The notes below the pieces were generated by a model. It worked only from the letters and a program-made list of their open reading frames with translations, did no database searches and was not told the DNA's origin. A stretch of DNA of 36,788 bases. It comes from a virus. The stretch is taken from positions 1 through 36,788 of the IMG/VR virus record IMGVR_UViG_3300045988_157219; one strand, given 5' to 3'. The position numbers and the translations under genes are program-made. This document shows, in pieces, positions 22,637 to 32,471 of the stretch; position 1 is the first letter of the stretch, and the number at the start of each line of letters is the position of its first letter.

Positions 22637-22666
22637 GGTGGGGCCTCCTGAGGGCAGTGGCGGTGG

Positions 22667-23761
22667 TTAGGTGCTGGGCAGGATGATAACCGTCGCGGAC
22701 TTATAGGTTTGGAAGATTCCGCCAGTGGCGGACTCGTGGTAGCGGTTACCAGCAGTGATATCGGCGCAGGAGACATCTGTGGCGCCCTGAGTAGCAACAG
22801 CAATCATGAGAATAGAACCGGTCCAGTCGCCTTTGGCCTCGAATCTGGCACCAGATCGAGCTTGCAGCCCGGCGCTGAACCATTTGAGAGTACCCCATGC
22901 TTCGCCGTTGTTGATCCTGCCGGATGAGCCGGTGAAGATGTTGGCGCCGCCAGTGTCAATGTGCAGGATGCGGGGCATACCCTGCACCGTGGTTTGCAAA
23001 GCTTCGATCGCTTTCCTATCGGCAGCGCGGGCGGCTTGATCTGCTTCTTTGGCTTTTTGGTCAGCGATGCGTGCGGCAGCATCGGCTTCCTTCGCTTTCT
23101 TGTCTGCGTCGTCAGCGGCGGCAGCTGCTGAGGCAGCTTTGGTGTTTGCCGTGGCAGCTGCTGAGGTAGCGCTGTTAGCAGTGGTTGCCGCGGTTTCAGC
23201 GGTTTTGGTTGTGGCTAGTCGGCGGCGGCGTTCCTGTTCTATTTGGCCGAGGATGGCGTCGTTGTGGGATCGGAGGCTATCAGCATCAGCGATCATTTGG
23301 CCACCAACGTGCGCCCGCCAGCCCACCGCGGCAGCGTCGCCGCTTGTCATGTCTATAGCGGTTACCGGCAGGGCGAGGGTTTTGCCCCAGATCAGCACGT
23401 CGACGAGGCTGGCGGTGGTGAAGTCGACGCCTGGACGGAACTTGCCCAGACCACGCCCCGTGATGTCACGCTCAAAGAAAACGGCGCCTTCGACCCGGTT
23501 TTGGGCGGCGTCGACAATGGACTCAAGATTGGATTGCTGGGCGTTCAAGTCGATGCGGGCGTCGGCGCGGACGAATCCGATATCGAACCGCCCCGTGGGG
23601 CGTTGATCTGGGCGGTAAATGTAGCCTTCTTGCAGCCGATCGTCTTGTTGGGCTTGTTCTCTGCCCTCGGGGATGTCCACTTGGAAAACCCCGTACACGT
23701 AGGTGGAAGTACGGCGGCCGACGGTCATCTCGCCACCGTCGGCAATGAGCGTGGGCCTCAT
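22667..23761 (-). CDS. Minor tail protein with a central coiled coil
   Basis: 364 aa. Has an imperfect repeat KAKEADaAARiADqKA x2 (about 23009-23101). TAATG overlap with the upstream gene. Confidence 0.6.
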   Translation of the reverse strand: MRPTLIADGGEMTVGRRTSTYVYGVFQVDIPEGREQAQQDDRLQEGYIYRPDQRPTGRFDIGFVRADARIDLNAQQSNLESIVDAAQNRVEGAVFFERDITGRGLGKFRPGVDFTTASLVDVLIWGKTLALPVTAIDMTSGDAAAVGWRAHVGGQMIADADSLRSHNDAILGQIEQERRRRLATTKTAETAATTANSATSAAATANTKAASAAAAADDADKKAKEADAAARIADQKAKEADQAARAADRKAIEALQTTVQGMPRILHIDTGGANIFTGSSGRINNGEAWGTLKWFSAGLQARSGARFEAKGDWTGSILMIAVATQGATDVSCADITAGNRYHESATGGIFQTYKSATVIILPST

Positions 23762-24639
23762 TATGGTGCCTCCTTTGCCTGCTCAACTGCCACGACGACC
23801 GTAGGCAAAGACAACACCAGCCCGGTGACCGGCGGATCACCTGGCCACCACATTCGGGCGGTGATGATAACGCCCGCAGCGGCAGCCGGTTGGGCGATCT
23901 CTTCTAGCAGCGGCCCATCCGTGGGTCGCAGCAGGATACGCGGGGAGGGGCGTCCCGTCGGGGTGGTCGCCACTTGGATAGGTAGATCCTTGGTGATCCC
24001 AGCAACCCGGAACGCTGCCGCCAGCGACTCGGCAATCAGCCGTCGGATGGTGGCCTCGGCGGGGCCATCGAGGGTGGCGCCGTCAGCAACAGTCACCATT
24101 TTCATCCCCGCTAGCTCCCGGGGCCGCGAGAATGCGACCTTGGTGTTTTCCGGTCCCACCCAGTCGCGTTCAAACCTCCTAAACGATGTCTGCCACGTGG
24201 TCGGGGCAGACATCGCGGGAAACCTCGACAACAGCTTCGTTAGCCCCACACCGTGGATTGTGAGGGTGGCAGGGGTGTCGGCGTCACCTCTTGCTACGGT
24301 GTGGGTCACCCAGTACACCCGGCGCGGCACCCCTGCGCGTTCTATGGCCACGAATCGGGTCTGGTCAGTGACGGGGACGAGCCGGCCTTCGGGGTTGAGC
24401 ACGCCGAGCTGCTCGGCGACGAGCTCGGTGACGACAGGGTGGATGATACCGTGGGTGCTGCGGCACAACACCGTAAGTTCTAGGGAGCCTGGGTCGTTGC
24501 GTGCCTCCGGCGCCACCATGGATACCACAGGGGGTAGGTCCATGAGGGGGGTGCCGTCGGCGTCGAGCAGGCCTATCCACTGGCCGGCGTCGGCGATGGT
24601 CTGTTCGCGGTGTTTGCGGTGGGCTGTCCAGTCGATCAT
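23761..24639 (-). CDS. Tal-like minor tail protein (baseplate hub N-terminal type)
   Basis: 292 aa, located directly after the Dit-like gene. Confidence 0.55.
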   Translation of the reverse strand: MIDWTAHRKHREQTIADAGQWIGLLDADGTPLMDLPPVVSMVAPEARNDPGSLELTVLCRSTHGIIHPVVTELVAEQLGVLNPEGRLVPVTDQTRFVAIERAGVPRRVYWVTHTVARGDADTPATLTIHGVGLTKLLSRFPAMSAPTTWQTSFRRFERDWVGPENTKVAFSRPRELAGMKMVTVADGATLDGPAEATIRRLIAESLAAAFRVAGITKDLPIQVATTPTGRPSPRILLRPTDGPLLEEIAQPAAAAGVIITARMWWPGDPPVTGLVLSLPTVVVAVEQAKEAP

Positions 24640-24642
24640 GTG

Positions 24643-25395
24643 TCACCTCCAGGGGTCGAGGGTGGAAACATGCCAGGTGGCGGTGGCGCCTGCGGGCAGT
24701 TGGTATGTGCGCTGCCCGCCTGCCGGCACCCCCTCAGGCAGGTAGGGAATTTGCCGCCATAGGGCGTGGTCAACGGCGCCTGCGGGGTCAATGATGGCGC
24801 AGGAGTCGGTGGGGTTGAGGAGCAGCCGGCGGCGTTCGGAGGTGGCGGGCAGGGTTAGGGTGGCGCCGGAGGGGAGGGTGATAGGGCCGCCGCTACCTTG
24901 CCAGGTGATTTCCAGGTAGGTGGTGGCGTCACCGAAGTTTGAAACGCGGGTCTTGTCGGTGCCTGTGTATGGGCCTACCTTCCAGACGCCTTCATCGGCA
25001 ACGAGGGGGATTCGCAGCTCTAGGCCGCTGGAGCGGCTGTACACCTCGGCGGGGTCGGTGATGGTGCCGTCTAGCCGACAGCGGAGTCTGGCTACGCCGC
25101 GGGGTGTGGCGGCTGCGAGCTGGCCTGGCCGGTGGTGAGAGAATGCCCTGCGCAGCTCGAAGGCCAGTGCTTCCGCGGGCTTGGTGGGGGTGGAGACCAG
25201 CACCAGGGTGAGTGACCCGCGGATCGGCTCGATAACGTGGGATTCGAGTAGCTGCCCTGGCATGCCCACCGCAGTATATGCGCGCTCCTTAACACTGCCG
25301 GTTAGCTTGTCGACGCCGCCCTCGGCAACCTCGATCTGGCCACCGGTGAGGGCGAAAGACTTGCCGTCAGGCGACACGTAGGTCATCTCATACAC
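24643..25395 (-). CDS. Distal tail protein (Dit-like)
   Basis: 250 aa, immediately downstream of the tape measure gene. This is the standard siphovirus order. Confidence 0.6.
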   Translation of the reverse strand: MYEMTYVSPDGKSFALTGGQIEVAEGGVDKLTGSVKERAYTAVGMPGQLLESHVIEPIRGSLTLVLVSTPTKPAEALAFELRRAFSHHRPGQLAAATPRGVARLRCRLDGTITDPAEVYSRSSGLELRIPLVADEGVWKVGPYTGTDKTRVSNFGDATTYLEITWQGSGGPITLPSGATLTLPATSERRRLLLNPTDSCAIIDPAGAVDHALWRQIPYLPEGVPAGGQRTYQLPAGATATWHVSTLDPWR

Positions 25396-25413
25396 GCTTG
25401 CCTCCTTCCCTTT

Positions 25414-28400
25414 CTAGATTCGGGCGTTCACATAGTCGGCGCCCGTGGCAGCCTTCACCGCCTCGGTTGTGATGCGTGCAACATCAGCGCGTGTGAAGGC
25501 AATGGCACCGTCGGGGACGCGAATATTAATGTCGATGGTTTTCACTCCGGCCTGGGTGGCGCCGGAGCGGGCGGCCTCCACCAGCGCGCGAGTGTGCGCC
25601 AGCTGGGATTCAGCAGCCTGGGCTTGGCGTGCCGCCAGTACTAGCATGGCGTCACGCTTGGTGGCTGCCACGCGGGCGGCCTCGGTGAGGGCGTCGATCT
25701 CCGCCTTGGTGGTGGCCTCAGCTAGCTGCTTTTGCAGGTTCGCGTAGTCCACCTGAGCTCTCAGCGCTTCGGCTTTCGCAGCACCCGCGAGCTCTAGCTG
25801 TTGCCGCCTGGTATCGAGAAGGAGTTTTTGGGCGTCGGTGGCGAGCCCTAGCCGGTCAGTGCGGTCTGTGGTTTGCCGCTGGATAGCGGCGATCTTCGAT
25901 TCCACACCGTGGGCCATGCCGCCCAGGACAGCATCGGTCCATTGGTCGGCCAGCTTGGCACCACCGATGGCCGCCTCGGCCCCGTATTGGGGGGTGAGCG
26001 CGGCGCCGCCGATAGCGAGCGCCCCGCCGCCCAGGCCGCCCAAAACGACCCCGGCTTTCTGGGCTAGGCCCATGCCTTTCCAGGCTTCCTTCACGGAAGC
26101 TTTGTTGTTGAAGAGGTCGAAGCCGCCGCGCACCAGGTCGCCTAGGCCGCCGAGGGCGATGGTGGCACCGGGGATAGCACCCAGAGGGCCACCGGCTGCG
26201 AAGCCTGCGGCACCACCGGCAATGCCAGCAGCGAGCTTGCCTAGGCCGCCGAGGAGTTTCCCGATGCCGCTAAAGCCAGCGCTAGCGCCCTGGGCTGCGC
26301 TGGGTGTCAGCCCGTACAGCTGGGCGGTTTGCTGCGTGAGCGCCTCGGTTTTGATCCTCAGCATTTCCGCGGTGTTCGCCTGGGTCAGGGTGGCGTCAGC
26401 GACGTCCAGCTGGGCTAGGGCCTGTTTCTGGGTGGCGGCGTGCTGGTCGGCTGCTGCCTGGGCGCGGGCCTCGGCAACCGCCCACTCCGCGGCCTTCACC
26501 GCTGCGGTCTGGGCAACCACCGAGTCAGCAACCTGGCCGATCGAGAACACGCCCGTGGTACGGAAACGGTCGAGGGCGGCGCCCATGGCCTCAATGCCGG
26601 TCGCCCCCAGCAGCGCCTGCTGCTTACGGGTTTCAGCTAACTGTTTCTCCGCCTGGGCCACCGAGATAGCGCCCTGTGCGCGGGCAGTATGCACATCCCA
26701 TTCCGCAGTTTGCAGGTCCAGCAGAGATTTTTGCAGCGCTAGGCTGTTGCGGATCTGCGATTGTTGCAGCTCCCCTATGGCCTTGCGCTCACTATCGGCG
26801 ATCTCGGCGGCTTTGCCGAGGGTGTCGAAGAACTCACCGAAGTGCCCAGCAGCGGACGCTAGGTGCCCGCTCACGCCGTCGATAAGGTCAGCCAGGGCCT
26901 GGTAGTAGGCTGCGGTGACTGTGCGCTCGGCTGCCTCTAGTCGCTTCGCGGAGTCGGCGGCTTTCTTCCTGGCCTCGGCCAATTTCTCTTCCTGCTGGGC
27001 GATCTTCTCGGCAGCCTCTTGGGATTTCTCCGGGGCGTCTTCCCGTACTTTGGCGAGGTTGCGTTCGGCGTCGGCGATGTCTTCAGCGCTGGCCTTATCT
27101 TTGCTGCGGGCTTTCCGCAGCCGGTCCTGAGCGTCGATGAGCTTGTCGGCGTTGTCTCGCTCGGTTTTCGACAGGTCCTTCCTAGCTTTGGCCAGTTCCT
27201 TCTCGGCGTCGGCGATGTCTTTGGACTCATCGGCAATGGCCTTACGGGTATCCGCCAGGCCTTTTTCAGCGTCGATCACAACCTGGCTCTTACCAAGGAA
27301 ACCGCCGCCCCAGGCGGCTAACTCTTTAGAGCCGGCGCGCACTGGTTTGTCCAGTTCCTTCGCAGCTTTGACGAACGCCGAGGTCGCCGTCACCAGTGCT
27401 GTGGTGAGCTTGTCGACGGCGCGGGCCAGCTCTGGGGACGCTGCCTGCAGCTGGCCACTACGGGCAGCCTGGCTCAGTGATGGTGGCAGCACCATCTCTG
27501 GGCGACCAGAAAGGTTAACCGCCACGCCACCGTGGGGCAGGATGCCACCCTGGTCATAGACCTTTGCGCCTAAGTATTTGATGGCCAGATCGTGGAGGGA
27601 TTGGGCTTCGCCCCAGCTCACGCTGGTGCCGCCACCGGTGAGGCTGCTAAACGCCAGCTCTAGGGCTGGGAGGTTAAGGTCAGCAGCACTGCCGGAAAAA
27701 TGCGCCCAGTTGGTGAACCCCCGCCCGTCGAGGGGGCCGGCTCCCCGCCCGATAGTGAGGCCACCACCGGTGTTACCGCCGGATTCAATATAAGTGCCAT
27801 CAGGCAACCGGAGAGCGGTGTGTCCGTTGGCGCCGCCGCCGTTATCCCACCAGCCAATCTGGAAATCACCAGCGTTGCCGCGGCCAGGCAGGGCGCCATG
27901 GGCGGCAAGCCAAGGGCCTTCCGTGGCGGTGCTCATGCGGGACTGGAAGATCGGGGCGCCCTCCCAGGAGTTCACCGCGGCGCTCACAGCGCCGGAACAA
28001 TCCACACCAGCCGGGGAAAAGCCACCCAGGATGTAAGGGGTGCCATCCAGCGGGGCCAAATCATTCTTAACCTTCTGCACCCGCCCACCCGTAGCGTGGC
28101 GGGGCAGCTCATTATAGAGGGCCGCCAGGGCACCTGGCCCATCACCCTGGTTCAGGTGGTGCAAGGTGCGGTTGTATTGGTCAGCCGAGCGTCGGTTGAT
28201 AACCCACTCGCCAGCATCCACCCATGCCACCGGGGTACCTTGGGGGTTGACTGCAAGGATGCCGTCGGTGGTGTCGGCGCCAGGGCCGGTTGTTGGTAGG
28301 CGGCCGCCAGCTGCTTTTCCTGAGAGTCCAGTGGCTTTCGCCGCTATGCCCATAACGTTTACCGGCCCCATAGCCGTCAGTGAAACTAGCGCGTTCCAGA

Positions 28401-31400
28401 GATCACGAATCTTGTTGTGCGCAGGCGCGGTGTTCGCGTCAACGGTCGGCATCGCCGTGGTGCGGGTGAGCGAGTCCAACTGTTCCTTGGTGGTGTTAAA
28501 CCCAGCGTCGAACAGGTCTTTGTTCAGTTCAGCCTGGGGGCGGGCCGATAGGCCGGTCAGGTAGTACAGGTCACCTTTGGCAATCTCCCCAGTCTTGAGG
28601 AAATCATCAATGATGAGCTGCGCTTGGGGAGAGGGCTTCTGGATGGCTAAGTCATCAACCAGGTTTTTAGCAGCTGTCACGTTGGTCGTGAACCGCGTGT
28701 CGTCCAGCAGCAGTTTCACGTCGACCGGCTTGTCACCGATAGCGTCGGCCTTTGCGGCTACTTCTCCGAGTTTGGCCACGGCGTCGGCGTCGGTGGCGGT
28801 CAGCTTCATGTTGATGCCATCAGGCAGCTTTTCTGCCTTGACGCCCAGGTCTTTGAGCACACCCATGGCCTGGTCCCCCACAGCCTTGACCTCAATACTA
28901 GTGCCGGCCTTCAACGGGTAGAGCTGGGACCACACCGTGGCCAACTCCTTCTTAGCGCCTTCGCTATTGACACCAACCAGGGTGGTGATCTCTTTGGGCA
29001 GCACACCATAGGCATCAGCCAGGTGCTGGACTTGCTCTGTAGTCAGGCCGAACTCCTGGCCGAGAGTGGTAAACGTTCCTTGGAATTGTTTATAAGCTTC
29101 GTTAACTGGGCCGCCAGCAGTGGCTACTTTCTCCAGCTCCTGCCGCATTGTTGCGAATCGTTTAGCTAGCTCGTTAGCGCTGTTATTCGTACGGTCCAGC
29201 TTTCCGGCAGCTAGGTCGCCGAGATTTTCGCCCAGTTCTTCTACCGGGTGGCTCGCTGTCTCGGCGGATTTCGCTATATCAGTCGCAGCCTGGGCAGCGG
29301 AAGCCATGGCTTCTTCTGCCGCCATAGGCGCCAGGCCCATGGCCTGCATGATCGACTCCAGGGCGTTCAGCTTATCGTTGGCGTTGGCCGACGAATCCGC
29401 CAGAACGTCAATCCCCTTGGCCGCCTGGGCAGCAGCAGGGTCAACCCGGCGCGCAGCAGCTATCGTGTCTTCGATCTGCTTCCGTGACTTCTCCAGGTAG
29501 CCCGCAGCACGCTCGCCTTCCTCACCAGCGGCACGCAGCGCGGCAACGAGTTTCTTATAGTCGTCACCGCCCTCGGCAACGATGCTGTTGAGGTTTTCCA
29601 TGCTCAGGCCGAGAGTAGTGAGTGTGGAGTCTAACGTGTTATAGGCGGCCGAGACCTCGTCTGCCCCATGGTTGATTTCCTTTAGCTCTGCGAATGAGAG
29701 TTTACGGCGGTCTTCGGAGGTAATAGTGGGAGCATCAGTAAGATATTTATAGAACGGGTTCGCCCTGTTTTCCCCAACAGCAGTGAACTGTGTCAGGGTG
29801 GCGTCAGCAAGTTTTTCTGCAGCTTTTGTTGCTTGTTCAGTTAAAGCCCCAGTAGTGCCCGCGACTGCTTTAGCCAGATCATTTTGGGCAACTTGAGTAG
29901 CTTTTGTCGCTGCTGCTAGCTTGCGCTGGGCCTCAGTAGCAGCATGGTTCGCTTCGACAAACCCGCCGATGACTGCACCAGCGGCCATGATACCAACAGA
30001 CCATGGGCCACCCAGCGCGCCTACTAAACCGCCAGCGGCGGATTTCATGAGGGAGAGGCCGCCTTTAGCAGCGCCCGCAGCAGCATTGCCTATTTTCGCG
30101 GCGCCGGATGCGATAGTGTTGCCCGCGTAAAAATAGCGTTTAGCCGCGACTTGCATAGTCTCCGACCCGGAGCTGAATGCCTCCCGCGACCTACCTAAGG
30201 CCTGTGTCAACCCGTTGGATGATGTAATCATGTATTGGGTTTTCGCGTCGAACTCGCTGATCGCCTTGTGGCCTTTTCGGTAGTATTCTTGCAGGTCAGC
30301 GACGCCTTGTTTCATCGTGGCCATCGACTGGGTGGCTTGTTGGATTTTCGCAGGGAAGTCTGTCCAGTTTTTCAGGGCCATGACGGCGGCGATGCCGAGC
30401 AGGGGCCCGGTGAAGTCGTTGGCGAGGGTGGATGCGAGGCCGGCTACAGGGGTTAGCACAGTGATGAGCCCGTGGACGGCACCGGAGGCTAGGTGTATGC
30501 CTGATTCGGCGGCGGGGCCGATTTTGCCGAGGGCGGCAGTGCCAGCGTCGGCGGCTGCTACCAGATCGTCTTGGAGTGCCTCGAACAGGCCAAGAGTGAG
30601 GTCTTCTTTGGCGTTGGCGAGGCGTTCCAGGGCGCCTGGTAACCCTTTGGTTTGGGCGGCGGCTACCTCGGCGGCCTGCCCCTGCCGGGTGACTGCTTCT
30701 TTGAGGGCATTGAAGTCCTCGGTGGTTTTCCCAGCGGCGATAGAAGCAAATCGCATAGCATCGGAGCCAAACAAGGTGGCGGTTGCCGCCTGGTATTGCT
30801 CCTCCGTCATGCGGTTCGATGCGGCGTTCAGCTGCCCAATCAGGGACGGCAGCCCCACGAACTTGCCTTTAGCATCGTAGACGGTCAGGCCCAGATCGTG
30901 GATGGCGTTTTGGGCTGGCTTACCCTGGTCGGTGAGCGCCAGTAGGGAAGTTTTCAGCAAAGTGCCAGCGTCGGAACCGGTGATGCCCGCGTTGGCGAAC
31001 ATGGCGATCGCGGTCGACGTGTCGTCGATACTCACGCCGAAGGCATGTGACACCGTGCCTGCCTGCTGGAGGGCCTGGGCCACGTCGGTGATCTCCGCAG
31101 CGCTAGCATTCGCCGAGCCTGCGAGAATGTCGGATACCCGGCCTGCTTCTTGGGCGCTCAAACCAAACGCCTGCAACGCTTGCCCCTGGATAGTGGCGGC
31201 TTGAGCGGCGTCGATCTGGGCGGCAGCAGCCAATTGCAATGTCCCCTTGGAGGCTTCCATGGACTGGGCGACGGTCAGACCGTTCTTAGCGAGCTCGGTC
31301 ATAGCCGCTGCGGCATCAGACGCCGACGTGCCAGTCAAAGAGATGTCGTTGCCGAGTTCCCTAGCCTTGGCTCGCACAGTGTCCATCTGCCCCGCGGTCG

Positions 31401-31614
31401 CCTGAGACACCGCCGCCATGGTATTCAGCTGGCTTTGGTACTCGGTGCCAACAGAAACAATATCGCTGGCGACGCTGCCAAGACCGAGAGCGACGCCGAT
31501 ACCGGCGCCGAGTTTCCCCGCAATACCCAGGGCACTGCCTAGGCTGGATTCCAACGCCCTGTTGAATCCTTTGGTGTTCGGCTCAACCAGGATGTCAATT
31601 TTGCCGCCGGCCAT
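25414..31614 (-). CDS. Tape measure protein (2066 aa) with an embedded NlpC/P60-like peptidoglycan endopeptidase domain
   Basis: Ala/Gly/Gln-rich helical protein with a TP901-type core near the N-terminus. The internal LDGTPYILGGFSPAGVDCSGAVSAAV...GHTALRLPDGTYIESGGN lies at nt about 27690-28050. Confidence 0.9.
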   Translation of the reverse strand: MAGGKIDILVEPNTKGFNRALESSLGSALGIAGKLGAGIGVALGLGSVASDIVSVGTEYQSQLNTMAAVSQATAGQMDTVRAKARELGNDISLTGTSASDAAAAMTELAKNGLTVAQSMEASKGTLQLAAAAQIDAAQAATIQGQALQAFGLSAQEAGRVSDILAGSANASAAEITDVAQALQQAGTVSHAFGVSIDDTSTAIAMFANAGITGSDAGTLLKTSLLALTDQGKPAQNAIHDLGLTVYDAKGKFVGLPSLIGQLNAASNRMTEEQYQAATATLFGSDAMRFASIAAGKTTEDFNALKEAVTRQGQAAEVAAAQTKGLPGALERLANAKEDLTLGLFEALQDDLVAAADAGTAALGKIGPAAESGIHLASGAVHGLITVLTPVAGLASTLANDFTGPLLGIAAVMALKNWTDFPAKIQQATQSMATMKQGVADLQEYYRKGHKAISEFDAKTQYMITSSNGLTQALGRSREAFSSGSETMQVAAKRYFYAGNTIASGAAKIGNAAAGAAKGGLSLMKSAAGGLVGALGGPWSVGIMAAGAVIGGFVEANHAATEAQRKLAAATKATQVAQNDLAKAVAGTTGALTEQATKAAEKLADATLTQFTAVGENRANPFYKYLTDAPTITSEDRRKLSFAELKEINHGADEVSAAYNTLDSTLTTLGLSMENLNSIVAEGGDDYKKLVAALRAAGEEGERAAGYLEKSRKQIEDTIAAARRVDPAAAQAAKGIDVLADSSANANDKLNALESIMQAMGLAPMAAEEAMASAAQAATDIAKSAETASHPVEELGENLGDLAAGKLDRTNNSANELAKRFATMRQELEKVATAGGPVNEAYKQFQGTFTTLGQEFGLTTEQVQHLADAYGVLPKEITTLVGVNSEGAKKELATVWSQLYPLKAGTSIEVKAVGDQAMGVLKDLGVKAEKLPDGINMKLTATDADAVAKLGEVAAKADAIGDKPVDVKLLLDDTRFTTNVTAAKNLVDDLAIQKPSPQAQLIIDDFLKTGEIAKGDLYYLTGLSARPQAELNKDLFDAGFNTTKEQLDSLTRTTAMPTVDANTAPAHNKIRDLWNALVSLTAMGPVNVMGIAAKATGLSGKAAGGRLPTTGPGADTTDGILAVNPQGTPVAWVDAGEWVINRRSADQYNRTLHHLNQGDGPGALAALYNELPRHATGGRVQKVKNDLAPLDGTPYILGGFSPAGVDCSGAVSAAVNSWEGAPIFQSRMSTATEGPWLAAHGALPGRGNAGDFQIGWWDNGGGANGHTALRLPDGTYIESGGNTGGGLTIGRGAGPLDGRGFTNWAHFSGSAADLNLPALELAFSSLTGGGTSVSWGEAQSLHDLAIKYLGAKVYDQGGILPHGGVAVNLSGRPEMVLPPSLSQAARSGQLQAASPELARAVDKLTTALVTATSAFVKAAKELDKPVRAGSKELAAWGGGFLGKSQVVIDAEKGLADTRKAIADESKDIADAEKELAKARKDLSKTERDNADKLIDAQDRLRKARSKDKASAEDIADAERNLAKVREDAPEKSQEAAEKIAQQEEKLAEARKKAADSAKRLEAAERTVTAAYYQALADLIDGVSGHLASAAGHFGEFFDTLGKAAEIADSERKAIGELQQSQIRNSLALQKSLLDLQTAEWDVHTARAQGAISVAQAEKQLAETRKQQALLGATGIEAMGAALDRFRTTGVFSIGQVADSVVAQTAAVKAAEWAVAEARAQAAADQHAATQKQALAQLDVADATLTQANTAEMLRIKTEALTQQTAQLYGLTPSAAQGASAGFSGIGKLLGGLGKLAAGIAGGAAGFAAGGPLGAIPGATIALGGLGDLVRGGFDLFNNKASVKEAWKGMGLAQKAGVVLGGLGGGALAIGGAALTPQYGAEAAIGGAKLADQWTDAVLGGMAHGVESKIAAIQRQTTDRTDRLGLATDAQKLLLDTRRQQLELAGAAKAEALRAQVDYANLQKQLAEATTKAEIDALTEAARVAATKRDAMLVLAARQAQAAESQLAHTRALVEAARSGATQAGVKTIDINIRVPDGAIAFTRADVARITTEAVKAATGADYVNARI

Positions 31615-31634
31615 TATGCCCTCCTCCTAACTGT

Positions 31635-32084
31635 CTAGTTGCCACGCATGCGCAGGAACTCCGTGATGGTGATCTTCTTTTTCAGTGGCTTAGCCGCGGC
31701 CTCCGCCGCCTGGGTGGCCGCCCGCACCAGCTGCTGCTGCAGCGCAGGTGGGCGGACCGCGACAGGCCACAACTGCGGCTGGCCTGGGGGTTTCACACCC
31801 AGTAGTTTCTGGCGGGTTTTCTCCGCCTGCACTTCGGGGTCGTCCGGGTCGGTGATCCACGACCTGTATTCGGAGTTCAGCCAGTAGTCCTCCCTGTCCA
31901 CCAGGCGAGCAATGTTTTCATCAGTGGGGGTCCACTCATCCAACCCATCAGCCAGTATCGTCAGGTCAACCCACCACATCTCCGCCAGGCATTGCCGATA
32001 GTTCAGGTGGTATTTGGATTGGAACCCGACCAGCCGCCTAGCAAACTCTTGGGGGCTGATTAGTTGGAGGATGTAGGAAAAAAA
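31635..32084 (-). CDS. Tail assembly chaperone T part, expressed as a G-T fusion by -1 frameshift
   Basis: The -1 frame is open from the slippery run (32078-32084) to the stop at 31635 (FFSYILQLISPQEF...MWWVDLTILADG...). Confidence 0.75.
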   Translation of the reverse strand, partial: FFSYILQLISPQEFARRLVGFQSKYHLNYRQCLAEMWWVDLTILADGLDEWTPTDENIARLVDREDYWLNSEYRSWITDPDDPEVQAEKTRQKLLGVKPPGQPQLWPVAVRPPALQQQLVRAATQAAEAAAKPLKKKITITEFLRMRGN

Positions 32085-32404
32085 TTGCCATCGGCATCCC
32101 GGTAGCCGCAGATCTCACCGATGACATCAAAAACCCGCATCACTTCAGCAAGACTCAATGTCATGAGCTTGTCAACAAAAGCCGCCTGGGCCTTCTTGGA
32201 GGAGTCGGACACCAAGGCGATAACCCGCGTGGCCTGGTCGTGCACTGCTTCGTCAGCGTGGTCAAACAGCGCCCGAACGATATCGTGCGCTTCCTGGCCG
32301 GTGAAATTCCGGCGCAGCGACAAATCAACGCCAAGCAGGGTAACCGGTACGGGGTCGCCGCCGCCAATAGCGAGAGCGCGCTCGAAAAGGTCGATTTTTT
32401 CCAT
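32060..32404 (-). CDS. Tail assembly chaperone G
   Basis: 114 aa acidic protein between the tail tube region and the tape measure. It ends ...GNFFPTSSN just after the U7 run. Confidence 0.75.
   Translation of the reverse strand: MEKIDLFERALAIGGGDPVPVTLLGVDLSLRRNFTGQEAHDIVRALFDHADEAVHDQATRVIALVSDSSKKAQAAFVDKLMTLSLAEVMRVFDVIGEICGYRDADGNFFPTSSN
32078..32084 (-). promoter_or_regulatory. -1 programmed frameshift slippery heptamer U UUU UUU
   Basis: The plus strand has 7 consecutive A. In the zero frame the minus strand reads aaU UUU UUU cct. Confidence 0.75.
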
Positions 32405-32471
32405 GAGTTTCGGTTTCTCCTAGTGTTTGGAATGGGATAAAGGTTCGGGCACTTGCCAGCACCCAGACGCC

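Noticed and set aside
23243-24745. 500-aa plus-strand ORF
   Set aside because: It is antisense to three recognisable tail genes (minor tail, Tal-like, Dit-like). Its Arg/Ser/Gly/Ala/Pro-rich composition is typical of shadow frames in high-GC DNA, and it has no SD.
25838-26905. 355-aa plus-strand ORF (and other plus-strand ORFs 27137-31542) inside the tape measure region
   Set aside because: All are antisense to the continuous 2066-aa tape measure ORF, with Ala/Pro/Ser/Arg-rich shadow composition.
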